64,000 nt of DNA. Origin: Malacoraja senta (Eukaryota). The notes beneath the pieces are model-generated. The model was given only the letters and a program-made list of their open reading frames with translations. It was not told where the DNA came from and ran no database searches. Every line of letters begins with the position of its first letter. Position 1 is the stretch's first letter. Positions 37,591 to 50,354 of this stretch are shown here, piece by piece. A program made the translations under genes and the position numbers. The stretch is from assembly GCA_038087875.1 (NCBI GenBank), contig JAXLNO010003834.1:186001-250000 (forward strand), written 5' to 3'.

Positions 37591-38869
37591 TAACATCACG
37601 TTAGATTTGGTTTGGAATGTTGCTTCTGGTAATCATTCATTGGGAGAACTGCAAGAGATTTTCAGATGATCCCATCATTTTTTTAATTATGCAGGGAAAA
37701 AAATGAGAGAGTCTTAAGAAAATCTAGGGAGAGTAATGGGCAGAAATATAACTAAAAACCAAAGAGATTATCTGTAAAGTTCTGACCGAGACAGATGTGT
37801 GTGCTTACCCATATCTATGCAAGTGCAGAGGGTTAAGTAAGATGTAAAACCTCCAGAGTAATAGGTAATTGACTTTGTCAGCTGCCTGGCATGGAACACA
37901 TGGGAATCATTAATACAAGTGCACAGAAGGAGAAGCTATTTGGCTGCAGAGGGTTAAGTTTAACAGGAAGCGACCATCCACTAACATTTTTACAGGGCAC
38001 TTGGCTCTTGTAAATGTCCTAGATTTATAAGAAACGGTTTCACATTTAAAACAAAATATTGAAGCAGTCATCTATCAGTCAAAGAAAATAATTTTCTGTA
38101 ATGAAACAATTTGGGTGTTATTTATTTGTCCATTGGTCCCACGTGTTAAAGAATTCATTTTTGCATCTTTGGAATTCGAAGTTTAAATTAAATGCGGGGA
38201 ATGACAAAAAATATCAAAAGTGTCAAATGTTTATAATGCAAGGAAAATAATAAATCAGTTTTACAGGATGTTCATACTTTTCTAGAAGAACATTTTTAAA
38301 GTTTTGTTGTATTCTTCGAGAATATTTTAACTTGGCCATTCTTTCACAATGACACACACATTTGCTGACTTCACTATAAAACAGTGGATACCAGAAATGA
38401 GAAAGAAGCTTATAGTTGGATTTTTCTTTAATGCAGAAATATCTGACCCAGTCTTGAGAAATGTACTATGTTTTTTATTATTTGCTGGTTTCAGTGTAGC
38501 AGTGTGTGTGTCCTTGCCTGCGTGCATCTGTTTATGTGTTTATTTTGAAAGCAGTTCCTTTGAGAAGTCAGCTTGTTCCAAGTAATATAAACTGACCTTC
38601 TGGAAGGATAGTCTATAATAAAATGCCAAAACCACAAATTGTTATCATTCTGATTTGAGAGGAAGATTTGAGTAGGATCCAAATGAATATCGTTCTAAGA
38701 TATTAATTGATTTCTTAAATAAACAGAATTCAGTTTTAAGACGGACCACACAGTTTGTTCGCCACAAGATATCGTTTTGTAAAGCTTTTTTTTAATGAGT
38801 TATCACAAGCACGCCAAGTAGCAGAAGTTGTGAATGAGATTGGTAGACATAGGTTGGGTTAAAAGGCAT

Positions 38870-39070
38870 GTAAATAAGTAAATAAACCCATAGAATTGGT
38901 TGGTATTTGAGAGTACTGTGGAAAGTTAGGCAATAGATTTATGAGGCAATGAAATCATTTCAATGGATACACTAGACACCAGCAGATTAGAAACAGGCTA
39001 ATGTGATTCCTATCTTTAAAAAGGGTGATAAAAATACATGGGCAGCAACAGACCAATTAGTCTGCAATCA
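38870..39070 (+). mobile_element. Old CR1 RT fragment
   Basis: gctaatgtgattcctatctttaaaaagggtgataaa = ANVIPIFKKGDK. Confidence 0.65.
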
Positions 39071-40129
39071 TATTTCAAATTATACAGACATAGAATTTTA
39101 CAAAATCACAAAGAGCCGGGTGGCTTATTCACTGCATTCTGACTGACCAAACGAAAGGCCATCAGCACGATCCCAGCTCCAAGCCTGGATATAGCCTTGT
39201 ACATTAGGGCATTTCACATTAATGTCCATATCCTCTACCCCCTTCCAGGCAATTAGATTCGGATCACTAATAGCCTGTGGGAGAACTTCCCTTACCTGAT
39301 CGTTATAATCTTGGAATGCTGGGTTCTCTGTTGTGGGATTTGGATCCTTCTTGTACTCTCTGGACCCACCCCCCCCCCCCCCCCCTTATTTTTAAATTCA
39401 CCAACTAAATATGCCCTTGGGTATATCTGTTCCAGTGGAAACAACTTCAACCTACCCACTCTTCTTATAATTGAGAAATGGCTTTCAACATCCTAGTAAA
39501 TCTCCTTAGTATTTCTGCAAACACATCCTGTCTGTCATGTGGAGAGCACCAAATGATTGTTGTACCTTAGTTGTCAGTTTTCTTGTGATTATGCAGTTCC
39601 AGCATAACCACCCTTGTCTTACACTTTATGCCTGAACTAATAAAGTATCCTGTACAACCTTAATCAGTTTATAAAATCTTAAGAAATATCTAGGTGTGGG
39701 CCACATGGCCATTCAACTAGAACTGCTATTTAAGAATCAATCTTCATCAATTTTCCTAACTGATTTTTGTTTACCCTGATTCTTCTGTGTTCCAGGTATC
39801 TATGGATATATTGAATGACAGAGCATCCACTGCTCTCTAGATAGAGAATTCCAGCAACCCTTTACCTGTTAAGTAAAGAAATTCCTCATTGCATAGCTAC
39901 ATATTCATCTATATATTGTGAGACCGTCCCGAACTCCCAGCCGAAGGAAACAAACTCTCAGCACACATCCTGTCAAATCTCTTCAGAATCTAATCTTATT
40001 CGCTCTTATTATTTTCAACTCCAGTTGAAAATATCCAACTTACTATTTCCTTATAGTCAGAACTTCCATCATTTCCTTTCTTGCTTCTATGAAATACATT
40101 TCACCCAGGTCTGAAATTGTACGTAAAGC

Positions 40130-40300
40130 ACAAACTCACAGGTCAGACAGCATCTGTGGAGAAAATGGACAGGCGACGTTTTGGGTTGAATAACGGTCCT
40201 GCCCCGAAATGTCATCTGTCCATTGCCTCCAAGATGCTTCCTGACCCGCTGAGTACCTCCAGCACTTTGTGTTATGCTCGAGATTCCAGCATCTGTAATC
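40130..40300. mobile_element. Older PLE-derived fold-back element
   Basis: aactcacaggtcagacagcatctgtgg...gacgttttggg / cccgaaatgtc...gctgagtacctccagc...ccagcatctg. Confidence 0.7.
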
Positions 40301-41460
40301 CATTATTTCTCCTGGTGATGTATCTACTTTTTAACCCCAATAATATCCCCTTATTATATTCTCCCTAATTAAATTTAAGTCATTCAATACTTCAAAATCC
40401 CCCTCCTTAATTACAGTATCAGTATTGCCCCCATAGTTTGTAAAGATAGACACAACTACTCATGATGAATCATGCCCAAACATTCCACCTGACAACACAG
40501 ATTATATTTCAGCCTCTAAGAGGCCCAGTCTTTCTTTAACTTTGCTCTTACTCTTCATATACTTCTGAAAAAAAAAGGATTTCCTTTATTTTCACATTTC
40601 AATGCTTTCCATGCCCTCTTGTTGCTTTCCCAGTGTCCTCCTTACTTTGACGTCTGGACTTTCACTGCACCTCTAGTCTTTCTGCAGTATGTTTAGATCT
40701 TGCTATCTGATATAAGTTCCCTTTTTTCCCCCCTAACTGTCCCTGTACGCACTTTGACATTCGGGGGTTCTCAAATTGGGAATCCCATTTATTTTTAGGG
40801 AACCTATTTGCTCTGAACCCTCACTGTCACCTTGAATGCCTCACAGTGCTCTGGCATTAATTTACCTTTGAGCAGCTGTTTCCAATTTTTGTTTGCTAAA
40901 TTATATCTCAGCCAAGTAAAGCTTCCCTTCCCCCAATTCCGAACTTTACCCTGATCTATCTTTGGACCTTTCTGTGACATGCTAAATTTAGCTAAATATA
41001 ATCACCAACACCAAAATGCTGTCCCAGTTACCTCTTCCACTGCTCAAATTCATTCTCGAAAACCTGTCCTGAACTTCCCCCACTCATGTTGGTCTCATTA
41101 CATACATGCTGAAACAGTCCCCATGAATTCATTGCCATGCAAACCTTTTAAACTGATTTTATACCAGTTAATGTTGAAATGTGTCCATATATTTGCCCTC
41201 TACAGGGTCTATGAAAACATACCCGCATATTATGATAATGGAGTTATACTCATTTCTGTTCCCTTGTGGGAACCTTCCAGCGTGTGATCTCTCACACGAC
41301 TTTTTAAGCAATGCTATCGACCACCCACCCCCCTCTTTTTTTTGTTTTCCCTACCTCGGACTGAAAAACATATACTAGTAATATTGATCTGCCATCCACA
41401 TCCTTTAAGCTGTGTGGCAATATCTGCTACATTCTCAAATTTCCCAATGTATAGCTGTGT

Positions 41461-41790
41461 CAGAATGAGGCCCAGTGCAAATTGGAGGAACAGCACCTCA
41501 TATTTCGCTTGATGCACCCCAATGGTATGAACGTTGACTTCTCTAACTTCAGGTCGCCCTTGCTTTCTCTCTCCATCCCCTCCCCCTTCCCAGTTCTCCC
41601 ACTAGTCTTACTGTCTCCGCCTATATTCTTTCCTTGTCCCACCCCCTCCTCTGACATCAGTCTGAAGAAGGGTCTCGACTCGAGACGTCGCCAATTCCTT
41701 CACTCCCTAGATGCTGCCTCACCCGCTGAGTGACTCCAGCATTTTGTGTCTACCTTCGATTTACGAGCATCTGCAGTTCTTTCTTAAACA
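41461..41790 (+). mobile_element. Penelope-like element 3' end (GIY-YIG C-terminus + 3'UTR + hammerhead + tail)
   Basis: NEAQCKLEEQHLIFRLMHPNGMNVDFSNF resembles the PLE endonuclease C-terminus. Hammerhead motif at 41662-41689 has GAAA>GAGA. Ends ...gcagttctttcttaaaca. Confidence 0.85.
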
Positions 41791-42212
41791 TATCGCCTCA
41801 TCTGCCTTATTCTCACCATGACTTGCATTCATGTACACACTATTAAACATTGCCAACCTCTTCTCTGTCTATTTTCTGGTCTCTGTTTCCTCTCTTACAA
41901 ACTTGTTTACCGTTTGTCTGTCTGCCATTTCTAGTTTTTTACCTCAGCCTTCTACATGTACAATCTGTTTCTCACTCCCTTGCCAGGCTGGTTTTAACTC
42001 TTGCCAGGAACCCAAGCAGAAATCCTCATCATTCACTTTATTTGTACAATCCATTTGGCTTTCAAAGGTCCCACATCCCCCAAAGAAGCCTCAGTGCTGC
42101 TGCGATCTGAAGAACTTTGTGCATCATCTCTAACCACTTGATTGCCTCCTTTTTCTGTTGATACAATGTTATGGCACTGGGGGTTTCTGGTAATGACAAA
42201 CATTGAGACCTG

Positions 42213-42304
42213 TTTAAGAAGGAACTGCAGATGCTGGAAAGTCGAAGGTAGACAAAAATGCTGGAATCCTCACCCGCTGAGTTTCTCCAGCATTTTTATC
42301 TAAT
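42213..42304. mobile_element. Short PLE-derived fold-back element, 11-bp TSD
   Basis: TSD attgagacctg at 42202-42212 and 42305-42315. Confidence 0.85.
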
Positions 42305-42479
42305 ATTGAGACCTGCATTGATTCCTCTTCTCCTGAGATCCCTCAAATCTTTCTCACTCCTTTTTCTATCCATGTCATTGCTACTGATTTTGGACCACAA
42401 CTGTGTCTCCTCCTACAAGTGATCAGCTCTTGCGAAACCTTACAGAGCAGATGGAGGGGTGATGTTTAATTTGGATGAA

Positions 42480-43300
42480 TAGTGCCACGGCAGAGGTCAC
42501 AGCCTCAAAAGAAGAGGAGAGATATTGTAATCAGTGGGTGGTGAATTTTTGGAAATCGATACCGAAGAGAGTTGTGGAGAATAAATCACGAATGCATTCA
42601 AGACAGAAATAATGGATTTAGGGCATGTTAAGGGCATCGAGATATGGGATTAGCGAAGGAAAATGGGACTGCGGTAAAAAATGAGCCCAGATTTTATTCC
42701 ATAGGAGGCACAAAAGGCTCAATGGTCCTGCTCCTGAGTATAGTGGTAGAGTCATACAGTACGAACACAAGCCCCTTGGCCCAACTTGTCCATGACAACC
42801 AAGATGCCCCAGCTAAATTAGTCCCATTTGGCCCATATCCCTCTAAACCTTTCCTGTCTGTGTACCTGTCCACATGTCTATTAAATGTTGTTATGGTACG
42901 TGCCTCAAACACCATTTCTGGCAGCTTGCTCCATATACCCACCACTCTAGAGAGTTGCGAATCTGTGGAATTCTCTGCCTCAGAAGGCAGTGAAGGCCAA
43001 TTCTCGGAATGCTTTCAGGAGAGAGTTAGATAGGGCTCTTAAAGATAGCAGAGTTAAGGGATATGGTGAGAAGGCAGGAACGGGGTACTGATTGTGGATG
43101 ATCAGCCATGATCACATTGAATGGTGGTGCTGGCTCGAAGGGCCGAATGGCCTACTCCTGCACCTATTGTCTACTGTCTATTGTCTATTGTCTAAGTGGA
43201 AAAAGTTGCCCCTCAGATTCCCATTACATCTTTCCCCTCTCACCTTAAACTTATCTCCTCTGGTTCTTGATTCCTCTAACTTGGGTCAAGGACTCTGTGA
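42480..43300. mobile_element. CR1 cluster: old + tail (42480-42742), - strand copy (42745-43300) split by young + tail (42948-43192)
   Basis: The - copy resumes at gtggaaaaagttgcccctcag after the (ctattgt)n end of the insert. Confidence 0.8.
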
Positions 43301-44012
43301 TCCTTTCTTATATTCATATTATTTAATGCTCAAAATGGTTTGGAGATGCTCAGTGAAAATCTACTTTGTCACCTGGAGGCAGCATTCCATCCTGAAATCT
43401 TGTAGCTGTAAAAGTAGCTCTCACCTTTGAATTCCCATTGTTGTTGCTTCCCTCGTGCACCCTCCTTTCCCACTTCCCCCCTCTCCACCCCACCCACCCC
43501 ACCACGTCTAATCCCAGCACCGCCGATCTCTGTGCAGCTGCACCGCCCACGGCACATGAATGAGCAGTTGTCTTTGCTGAGAAACCATCATCCTAAGCAG
43601 TTTTCTTATCTAAACATTGTCTAGATGTTGAAATACACTCGACTAGATGATTCATGGTTGATTTTTTTTTAGGTTTAGAAATTTACATTGGCATGTACTT
43701 TCAGAATTAATGTCGCGTAGTCATCGGTTCATTCTCGCAACAATCCAACCTTCCTGCTGAGCAGAGGCATTTCATTTCCAATGTAGTTTCGGAAAGGGAA
43801 ACCTACCTTGTCCTTTCATCTGGAAATGGACAACACAAATACACAATGCCAGATAATGACACAATGTGACATTATTTCATATGAAACATTGTTCATAAAG
43901 TTCAAAGCTGTGGAGATTTGGATGAATTTTAAGAATTTCAGAAAGTGCAGGAAACTGTCTAAATAGTAGAAAATAGCAGGTACTTGTAAAATTTAAATCA
44001 TGGTTGGGATAA

Positions 44013-44586
44013 AGGGGCTGTCCCACTTGGGCGACCTAATTGGCGAGTTTAGAAGAGTTTGAAAAAATGACATGTTGTAGACCTCCTTCGACTATGTAGA
44101 AGACCTCCTTCGACCTCCTTCGACTATGTTGAAGACCAGCTTCGACTAGCTACGACAAGCTATGACTAACTTCAGGAAAACTGGATACCGAATAGTGGAG
44201 AGTGGAGACAACCTCCTTCGATCTCCTTCGACCTCCCTTTGACTTCCCTTCGACTATGATGAAGACTATCTACGACTACCTTCAACTACCCTCGATTACC
44301 TACGACTAACATGCCAACCTACTACGACATACTACGACTAAACCTACGAGTAAAAAAAAGTATCGATTTTTTCCATGGCGACCTTTTTTTACTCGCGGGC
44401 ATTTTTTAACATATTGGAAAAAACGCCGCGACCTAGCTGATGCCTCGTGTACGCGGAGACCACTCTCGAGCATGAAGGAGAGTTACGAAGACCTCCTACG
44501 ACCTTGTGTCGACCATGCTGTGCGTACGAGTCGAGGGCAAACTCGCCAGAACTCGCGGATTAGGTCACCCAAGTGGGACAGGCCCT
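44013..44586. mobile_element. Non-autonomous PIF/Harbinger-like TIR element with internal short tandem motifs
   Basis: TAA at 44010-44012 and 44587-44589; 28-bp TIR aggggctgtcccacttgggcgacctaat / attaggtcacccaagtgggacaggccct. Confidence 0.88.
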
Positions 44587-45176
44587 TAAGGGAATTTCTT
44601 AATTTGGATGCTTGGAATTGGATCACTGGTAGTGTTTCAGAAGTTCAATGGAAATTGTTGACACTTGCAGCCATAAACTAATCTACATGGTCAGTGGATT
44701 AGCAGAAGTTGATTCTGTTATGACTATCATTACCCATTCTCTTCTAGCAATCCACACCCTGACGTCATCTGGCTTAGCTGTTGGGCTTATTGCATTACAA
44801 TAAATGCATTTTATTCTATCAGACCTCCCTCCCTCCCTGGCTGGCCCCTCCCTATCTTTTCCACTGACGTGACTTGCATTAACATCTATATGAGACTATT
44901 TTTCTACACCTGCCTCGCTATTGCTTTCGGTCCCATCTCCCCACTCTGCCACTTTAGTTAAACCCTCCCGTTTAGCACTAGTAAATCTCCCACCAGGATA
45001 ATGGTGCCTCTCCAGTTCAGTTACAACCCATCCATCTTGGACACCTCCTACTTTTCCTTGATGGGGGGCCTAATAATTCATATACCTGGATCACTCCCCT
45101 CTCACCAGCTCCTTAGCCACATATTTATCCATACCTTCACCCAGTTCCTTGCATCATGGCACAGTAATCCTGAGAT

Positions 45177-45700
45177 TAGTTTAGCTTAGTTTAGAGATAC
45201 AGCATGGAAACAAATCCTTCAGCCCACCAAGTGCACGCCGACCAGCAATCACCCATACACTAGTTCTATACTAAGGTCATAAGGAATAGGAGAAACAGGC
45301 CAATTGGCCCATCAAGTCTACTCCGCCATTCAATCATGGCTGATCTATCTCTCCCTCCTAACCCCATTCTCCTGCCTTCTCCCCATAAGTTCTGACACCT
45401 GTACTAATCAAGAATCTATCTATGTCTGCCTTGGCCTCCACAGCCTTCTGTGGCAAAGAATTCCACAGATTCACCACCCTCTGACTATAGGGTGACTAAA
45501 GTACTATTCACTGGGCACAAATTGCCAAACCAAATTAACCTACAAATCTACACATCTTTGGAGTGTGGGGTGAAACCGTAGCACCCGGAGAAAATCCACG
45601 TGATCACAAGGAGAACGTACAAACTCCATACAGTCAGCACCTGTGGTCAGGATCAACTCCTGATCTCTGGCGCTGTAAGGTAGCAACTGTACTACCCTCT
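45177..45700 (-). mobile_element. HE1/V-SINE-like copy interrupted by a - strand CR1 tail (~45272-45485)
   Basis: SINE tail ttagtttagagatacagcatggaaac, CR1 tail caagtctactccgccattcaatcatggctgatc, SINE core and head 45525-45700. Confidence 0.82.
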
Positions 45701-46061
45701 AACTCTACCTTGAGGTCTTTGTTTTCAACCTGCTACCTAGCTCCCTAAATTCTCTTTGCAGGACCTCATCTGTCTTCCTAGCCATGACCTGTGGCAGCTC
45801 ACGTTCCCCCTACATAATGTCATGTGCCCGCTCCAAGACGACCTCCACTGTGGCCCCGGGGAGGCAACGCGCCTTCCTGGAGTCTCACTCGTGGCCACAG
45901 GACCACCTGTCTCTGTCTCTGACTATAGAGTCTCCCATCACTAGTGCTGACATTGTCTTTGGCCTACCCAGCTTAACACCAGAGCCAGGCATGTTGCCAG
46001 TGATCTGGCGGCTGCTGCTATTTTCCTCTGAGAGTCCATCCCCCAATAGGATCTAAACTGG

Positions 46062-46214
46062 GTCGACAAAAATGCTGGAGAAACTCAGCGGGTGCCGCAG
46101 CATCTATGGAGCGAAGGAAATAGGCAACGTTTCGGCAACGCTGCACCGGCTGAGTTTCTCCAGCATTTTTGTCGACCTTCGATTTTCCAGCATCTGCAGT
46201 TCCTTCTTAAACAC
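46062..46214. mobile_element. PLE-derived fold-back element, 14-bp TSD
   Basis: TSD aggatctaaactgg at 46048-46061 and 46215-46228. Confidence 0.9.
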
Positions 46215-47436
46215 AGGATCTAAACTGGAGTGCTTGTTTGAGAGGGAGATAGCAGTCACCCAACAACCTGTGATGTGACCACTCCCTGAAACTATTTGTT
46301 GAGAATCATCGAGACCAGCAAGCTCACTGTATGAGAGAAGCGAAACCCACTCGATATGACAATTGTTCCTGTCCCATATGATAAATATTTTGTTTATTTG
46401 TTTTAACGAAGGAAAAGTTACGCTCTGGTGCAGAAACAGCATTTTGGTTGTCTTTAGTGCTATTTGACCAAATTATAAATTTCAGTAGGTTTTCAACGAA
46501 ATATTTAAATGAAAAAGTATTAACTTCACTTTTTGCTGCATGAAGTGTCAGGTTGAGAGAAACAGTGTCCCATTGTCTACAGTTAATCATGATGTGAGAA
46601 TTGTTTATACAGCTGCTGTAAGTGAATGAAACACTAATTATTAGCTGGTGAGTGGAAAATGCCACCAACTGTTTAAGGCTTTTTGTATGTGATCTGATAA
46701 TATATAACATTTTGTTGTCTGATTTTTATACAAAATTCTCTGCCCCCAATTTCTCAAATAAATAATGTTTTGAGTTAATTTCTGTATAATTGTGAGTGAA
46801 AAGAAAGGTGCTCATTTTGTTTGCTGATCTTGTTCCCTCTGGCACTGTAGATGTGAATTTGCTCATTGGCATTTTGAAGTCCTTAATTGGTATTTTATCA
46901 TAATGTTGGTTTAGTAAGATTTTATTTTTTATGGTTGCTTTAATTTCTATTTTAGAGTGAAGGAGTTCCAGAATGGAATATGTACACTTATTTATCTATT
47001 AATGATATATATTTGTCCAACAAAAAAACAAATTCCTCCAGGACTTAAATCTAAGTAGTTGCGATGATGAATCGGAAATGTAGGGATTAGTTGTTGCAGA
47101 CATAGAAATCTATCAGTAAGTCAAGCTCCATATTCTGTGCCTCACTTCACAAACTTAAGGGTCCCCTTTTGTTGGGCTGCATGGGATAACTCTCCTACTC
47201 CCCCCCCCCCCCCCCCCTTCCCCAGGGGCTTTGAATCCCAGTCCTGCCTCTGTCTAAAGCCCCAAGACCTCATTCCTAACAGCCAAATACTTCCAATAGG
47301 GTTGAACTTTCAATGGAGGAGCAAGGACATTTTTAGGCGATGTTCCCAGGGATCGCTGCAGGCACCAGCACTATTCCTGAAATATTTTAATGGCTCGGAC
47401 TGGGGTGCACAAGGAGCAGATGACACAATATCTTGG

Positions 47437-47571
47437 AGAAACAAGGAACCACAGATGTCGGTTTACCAAGGTCAGTCTGAAGAAGGGTCCTGACCCATAA
47501 TGTCACCTCTCCATGTTCTCCAGGGATGCTGCCTGACCTGCTGAATTACTCCAGCATTTTGTGTCTTTCCT
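47437..47571. mobile_element. PLE-derived insertion with decayed hammerhead (47477-47504)
   Basis: ctgaagaagggtcctgacccataatgtc; imperfect flanking repeat tgacacaatatcttgg / tgacacacatcatgg. Confidence 0.8.
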
Positions 47572-48747
47572 TGACACACATCATGGCTTACGTTCATCGA
47601 TAGCCTGGTGTAATGGGCACACAATCAGTTTCTGAATGTTAACACAGGAAATCAGTTCCATGTGGGAAGAACAAAAAAGATGCAATAATTAAAAGGTTCA
47701 TTTCCAAAAGGAATGCAGGAGATGAGGAATCTGGAGGTATATGCACATAAATATGTGAAGGTGACAGGATAGAGAAACAGGATAAAGCATTTGGCACAAA
47801 ATACAGAAGTGGTAATGGACAAACATATCATGAGCTCTGGAATTGAGTACATCTAGAACTTAATTATTTCACTCATTTCTACTCACTTAAATTTGAGAAG
47901 GATCATGAAAACCTGGGAAGGTGCAAAGAAAAATTGAGCAGTTGTATCATGGGGAAATTGTTCTCCTTGGATTTTGATTTTATTGACATTTTATTTTTCA
48001 TGGGATTGCGCCGTGTATAACTGCATGGTACAAGATGATCTCATTTTAGAGGCATAATTTTCCATTCTCTATTCGATTGCTTCTTTATTCTGTACTCTCT
48101 TCTCTAATTCCCTTGATTACAGTTTAGTGACTTTGTTCTACACCATCTTTACAACTTTGACCTCTGATGTAGAGGTTCCAAATCCAGCCACTATATTCTA
48201 ATGTCATTTATTTATTTATCCTTTTCTCCAGAGATGCTGCCTGGCCTGCTGAGTTACTCCGGCATTTAGTGTCATTTATTTATTCTTTGTCTTAAAATCT
48301 GTGAACTGGTATGGCCTTTTGCCATTTAGCAGTTTCTCTTCTTGCTTCTGAAGATTTGTGTATCTGATTCCCTGCAATTTTTGCTTTTTTTCTTTCTTTC
48401 TTCGGGTTAGGGGTATGTGTTCACTCATTCTTTCTGAGATGCAAGACCCTCACCCTTTATTTGAGGATAATAATCCCTGAATGCTGAACAAGGGGAGAAT
48501 GCTACCATTTGCATTCTCCACTCAACACATTCCTTACTTCCCATGCTGGTTGTTGTTGTTCATCCAAGAGTCAAGAGAAAGTCAAAAGTATTTAATTATC
48601 ATATGTACCGAAAATGGAACAATGGCATTCTTATGTGTAGCAACATAACAAGTCTGTAAACACAATACTCATAGATAACACAATAAACGGAGGAAAATAC
48701 AATATTTTTTGAAAATCACATCTTCACTAGCACGCTCAGTTTAACCT

Positions 48748-48930
48748 CAGCTATATTTAAGAGGGAATTAGATGTGGCCCTTGTGGCTAAAGGGATCAGG
48801 GGGTATGGAGAGAAGGCAGGTACGGGATACTGAGTTGGATGATCAGCCATGATCGTATTGAATGGCGGTGCAGGCTCGAAGGGCCGAATGGCCTACTCCT
48901 GCACCTAATTTCTATGTATCTATATATCTA
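48748..48930 (+). mobile_element. Young CR1 3' tail
   Basis: Near-identical to 21290-21450. Confidence 0.9.
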
Positions 48931-49058
48931 TGTAACCTTGTATTCATCAATAAGCTTCCTACAGTCATTCCATGAACATCTTTTGCAAATGCAATTACAC
49001 AAGGAATCACAACATAAGCTGGCAAATTGAGTGATCTGTTGTTGCAATAATGTGTTAT

Positions 49059-49386
49059 GGCCCTGTTCCACTGTACGAGTTCATTCAAGTGCTCTCCCGA
49101 GTTTAAAAAAAAATCAAACTCGTGGTAAGCACGTAGAATGAACGTAGCGGGTACGTCGGAGCTTGGGGACGTCTCTTAGCGGCTCGTAACGCTAACGGCA
49201 GGTACTCGGGAAGACTCGCTAACGGCAGGTAAGCTCGGGAAGACTCGGGAAGATTTTTCAACATGTTGAAAAATGTCCACGAGAGCCCCGAGTACTTATG
49301 AGCGGCCATTATCGTAAATCTCCGAGTTCGAATCAGGGCAAACTCGGGGAGAACTCTTGAATGAACTCCTACAGTGGGACAGGGCT
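49059..49386. mobile_element. MITE, same family as 10029-10323
   Basis: TIR ggccctgttccactgtacgagttcattcaag / cttgaatgaactcctacagtgggacagggct; internal tandem duplication of cgctaacggcaggta(ag)ctcgggaagact. Confidence 0.88.
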
Positions 49387-50354
49387 TTAAGTATTTAAGA
49401 ATAGATACCAATTTCATGCGGAGTCAGTCTTTTCTTCTATCCCGCTTCTCCATACATTGGTTATTAATTACTTTGTGATGTTCAGGTGCTTTAGACAGAT
49501 TTGCAAAGCCATTTTTAATGGTCAGAGACAAAACAAGTAGGGTGTGCCTGTTTTGGATAATTGTTCAGAAATGAAGGTGGCTTTTTAAGACATGGGGTGG
49601 CAATCAGAAAAAGAAAAAGGAGACTGTGAAGATGATCAAATCAGAAATGGATAAATGTTGAAAGAATTCAAACGCTATGGGATAGGGTTGAGAATCAGAC
49701 TGAATGAACAGCTGAATCGGAGAACTGATAGACTGGTGAGGAAAGATATTTTATAATTCCTAAAGATAGTATAGAGTAGATTTCTACCCAATGGCACCCT
49801 GGAGTACAGAATCAGATCTGCCTCCAGTCAACCGAAAAGAGGAAAAAGTGAAGAAAGCACGTGAAATTGATTACAATTAAAAGCCTTGCGTTTCTGTATA
49901 TTTTTTTATTCTATGTTATTGTTGCCAATGTTGGCAATTATCATTGAAATTTAGGATGTACAATCTGGGAATGTTTATCTTGCCATCCCAGGTAAATGAA
50001 TTGAAAGGAAGTTTACTGCATCAAAGGAGAATGTTTACTGATTTTCATACAGATTAGAACCATATGGGAATGGGGGAGACTGATGTGGTGCTGGATGTTT
50101 CCTCAAGTCTTGATTTTGGCACAATAAGGGTGGGGGAAATAGACATATTTTGCTGTTCCAACATCACCAGACTGAATGAGTTGACAAACCTATATCGCTA
50201 AATGGATGATAATCAATGATTAGCAGTGCAGTTGCTGTTCACAACAGCGACAGATAGAGAAGTCGTACATACGATTACTGTAGTGCTCCCACACTTGCAC
50301 TTCTTCTGCGGTGCAGGGACTAGCTCCCAGGAATTTGGACATCTAGCACATTGG

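Larger units (their letters stand above)
39095..42425 (-). mobile_element. Ancient fragmented CR1 element(s) spanning 3' end to ORF1 esterase remnants
   Basis: CR1-like 3' pieces at 39100-40060. Near 42040-42085 the reverse complement reads GMWDL*KPNGL (cf. GRWDLYK.DGLH). Near 42360-42405 VVVQNQ/SNDMDRK resembles VVVHIGTNDIGRK. Confidence 0.45.
44895..46280 (-). mobile_element. CR1 ORF1 (SGNH esterase-like) remnant hosting nested insertions
   Basis: Reverse complement of ~44955-45040 reads MDGL*LNWRGTIILVGRFTSAKREGL (cf. DGLHLNWRGTNILAGRFA). Confidence 0.65.

Noticed and set aside
44080-44350. Repeat array as CRISPR-like or coding repeat
   Set aside because: Units are short and irregular with no unique spacers, lie inside a TIR element in vertebrate DNA, and have no cas genes nearby.
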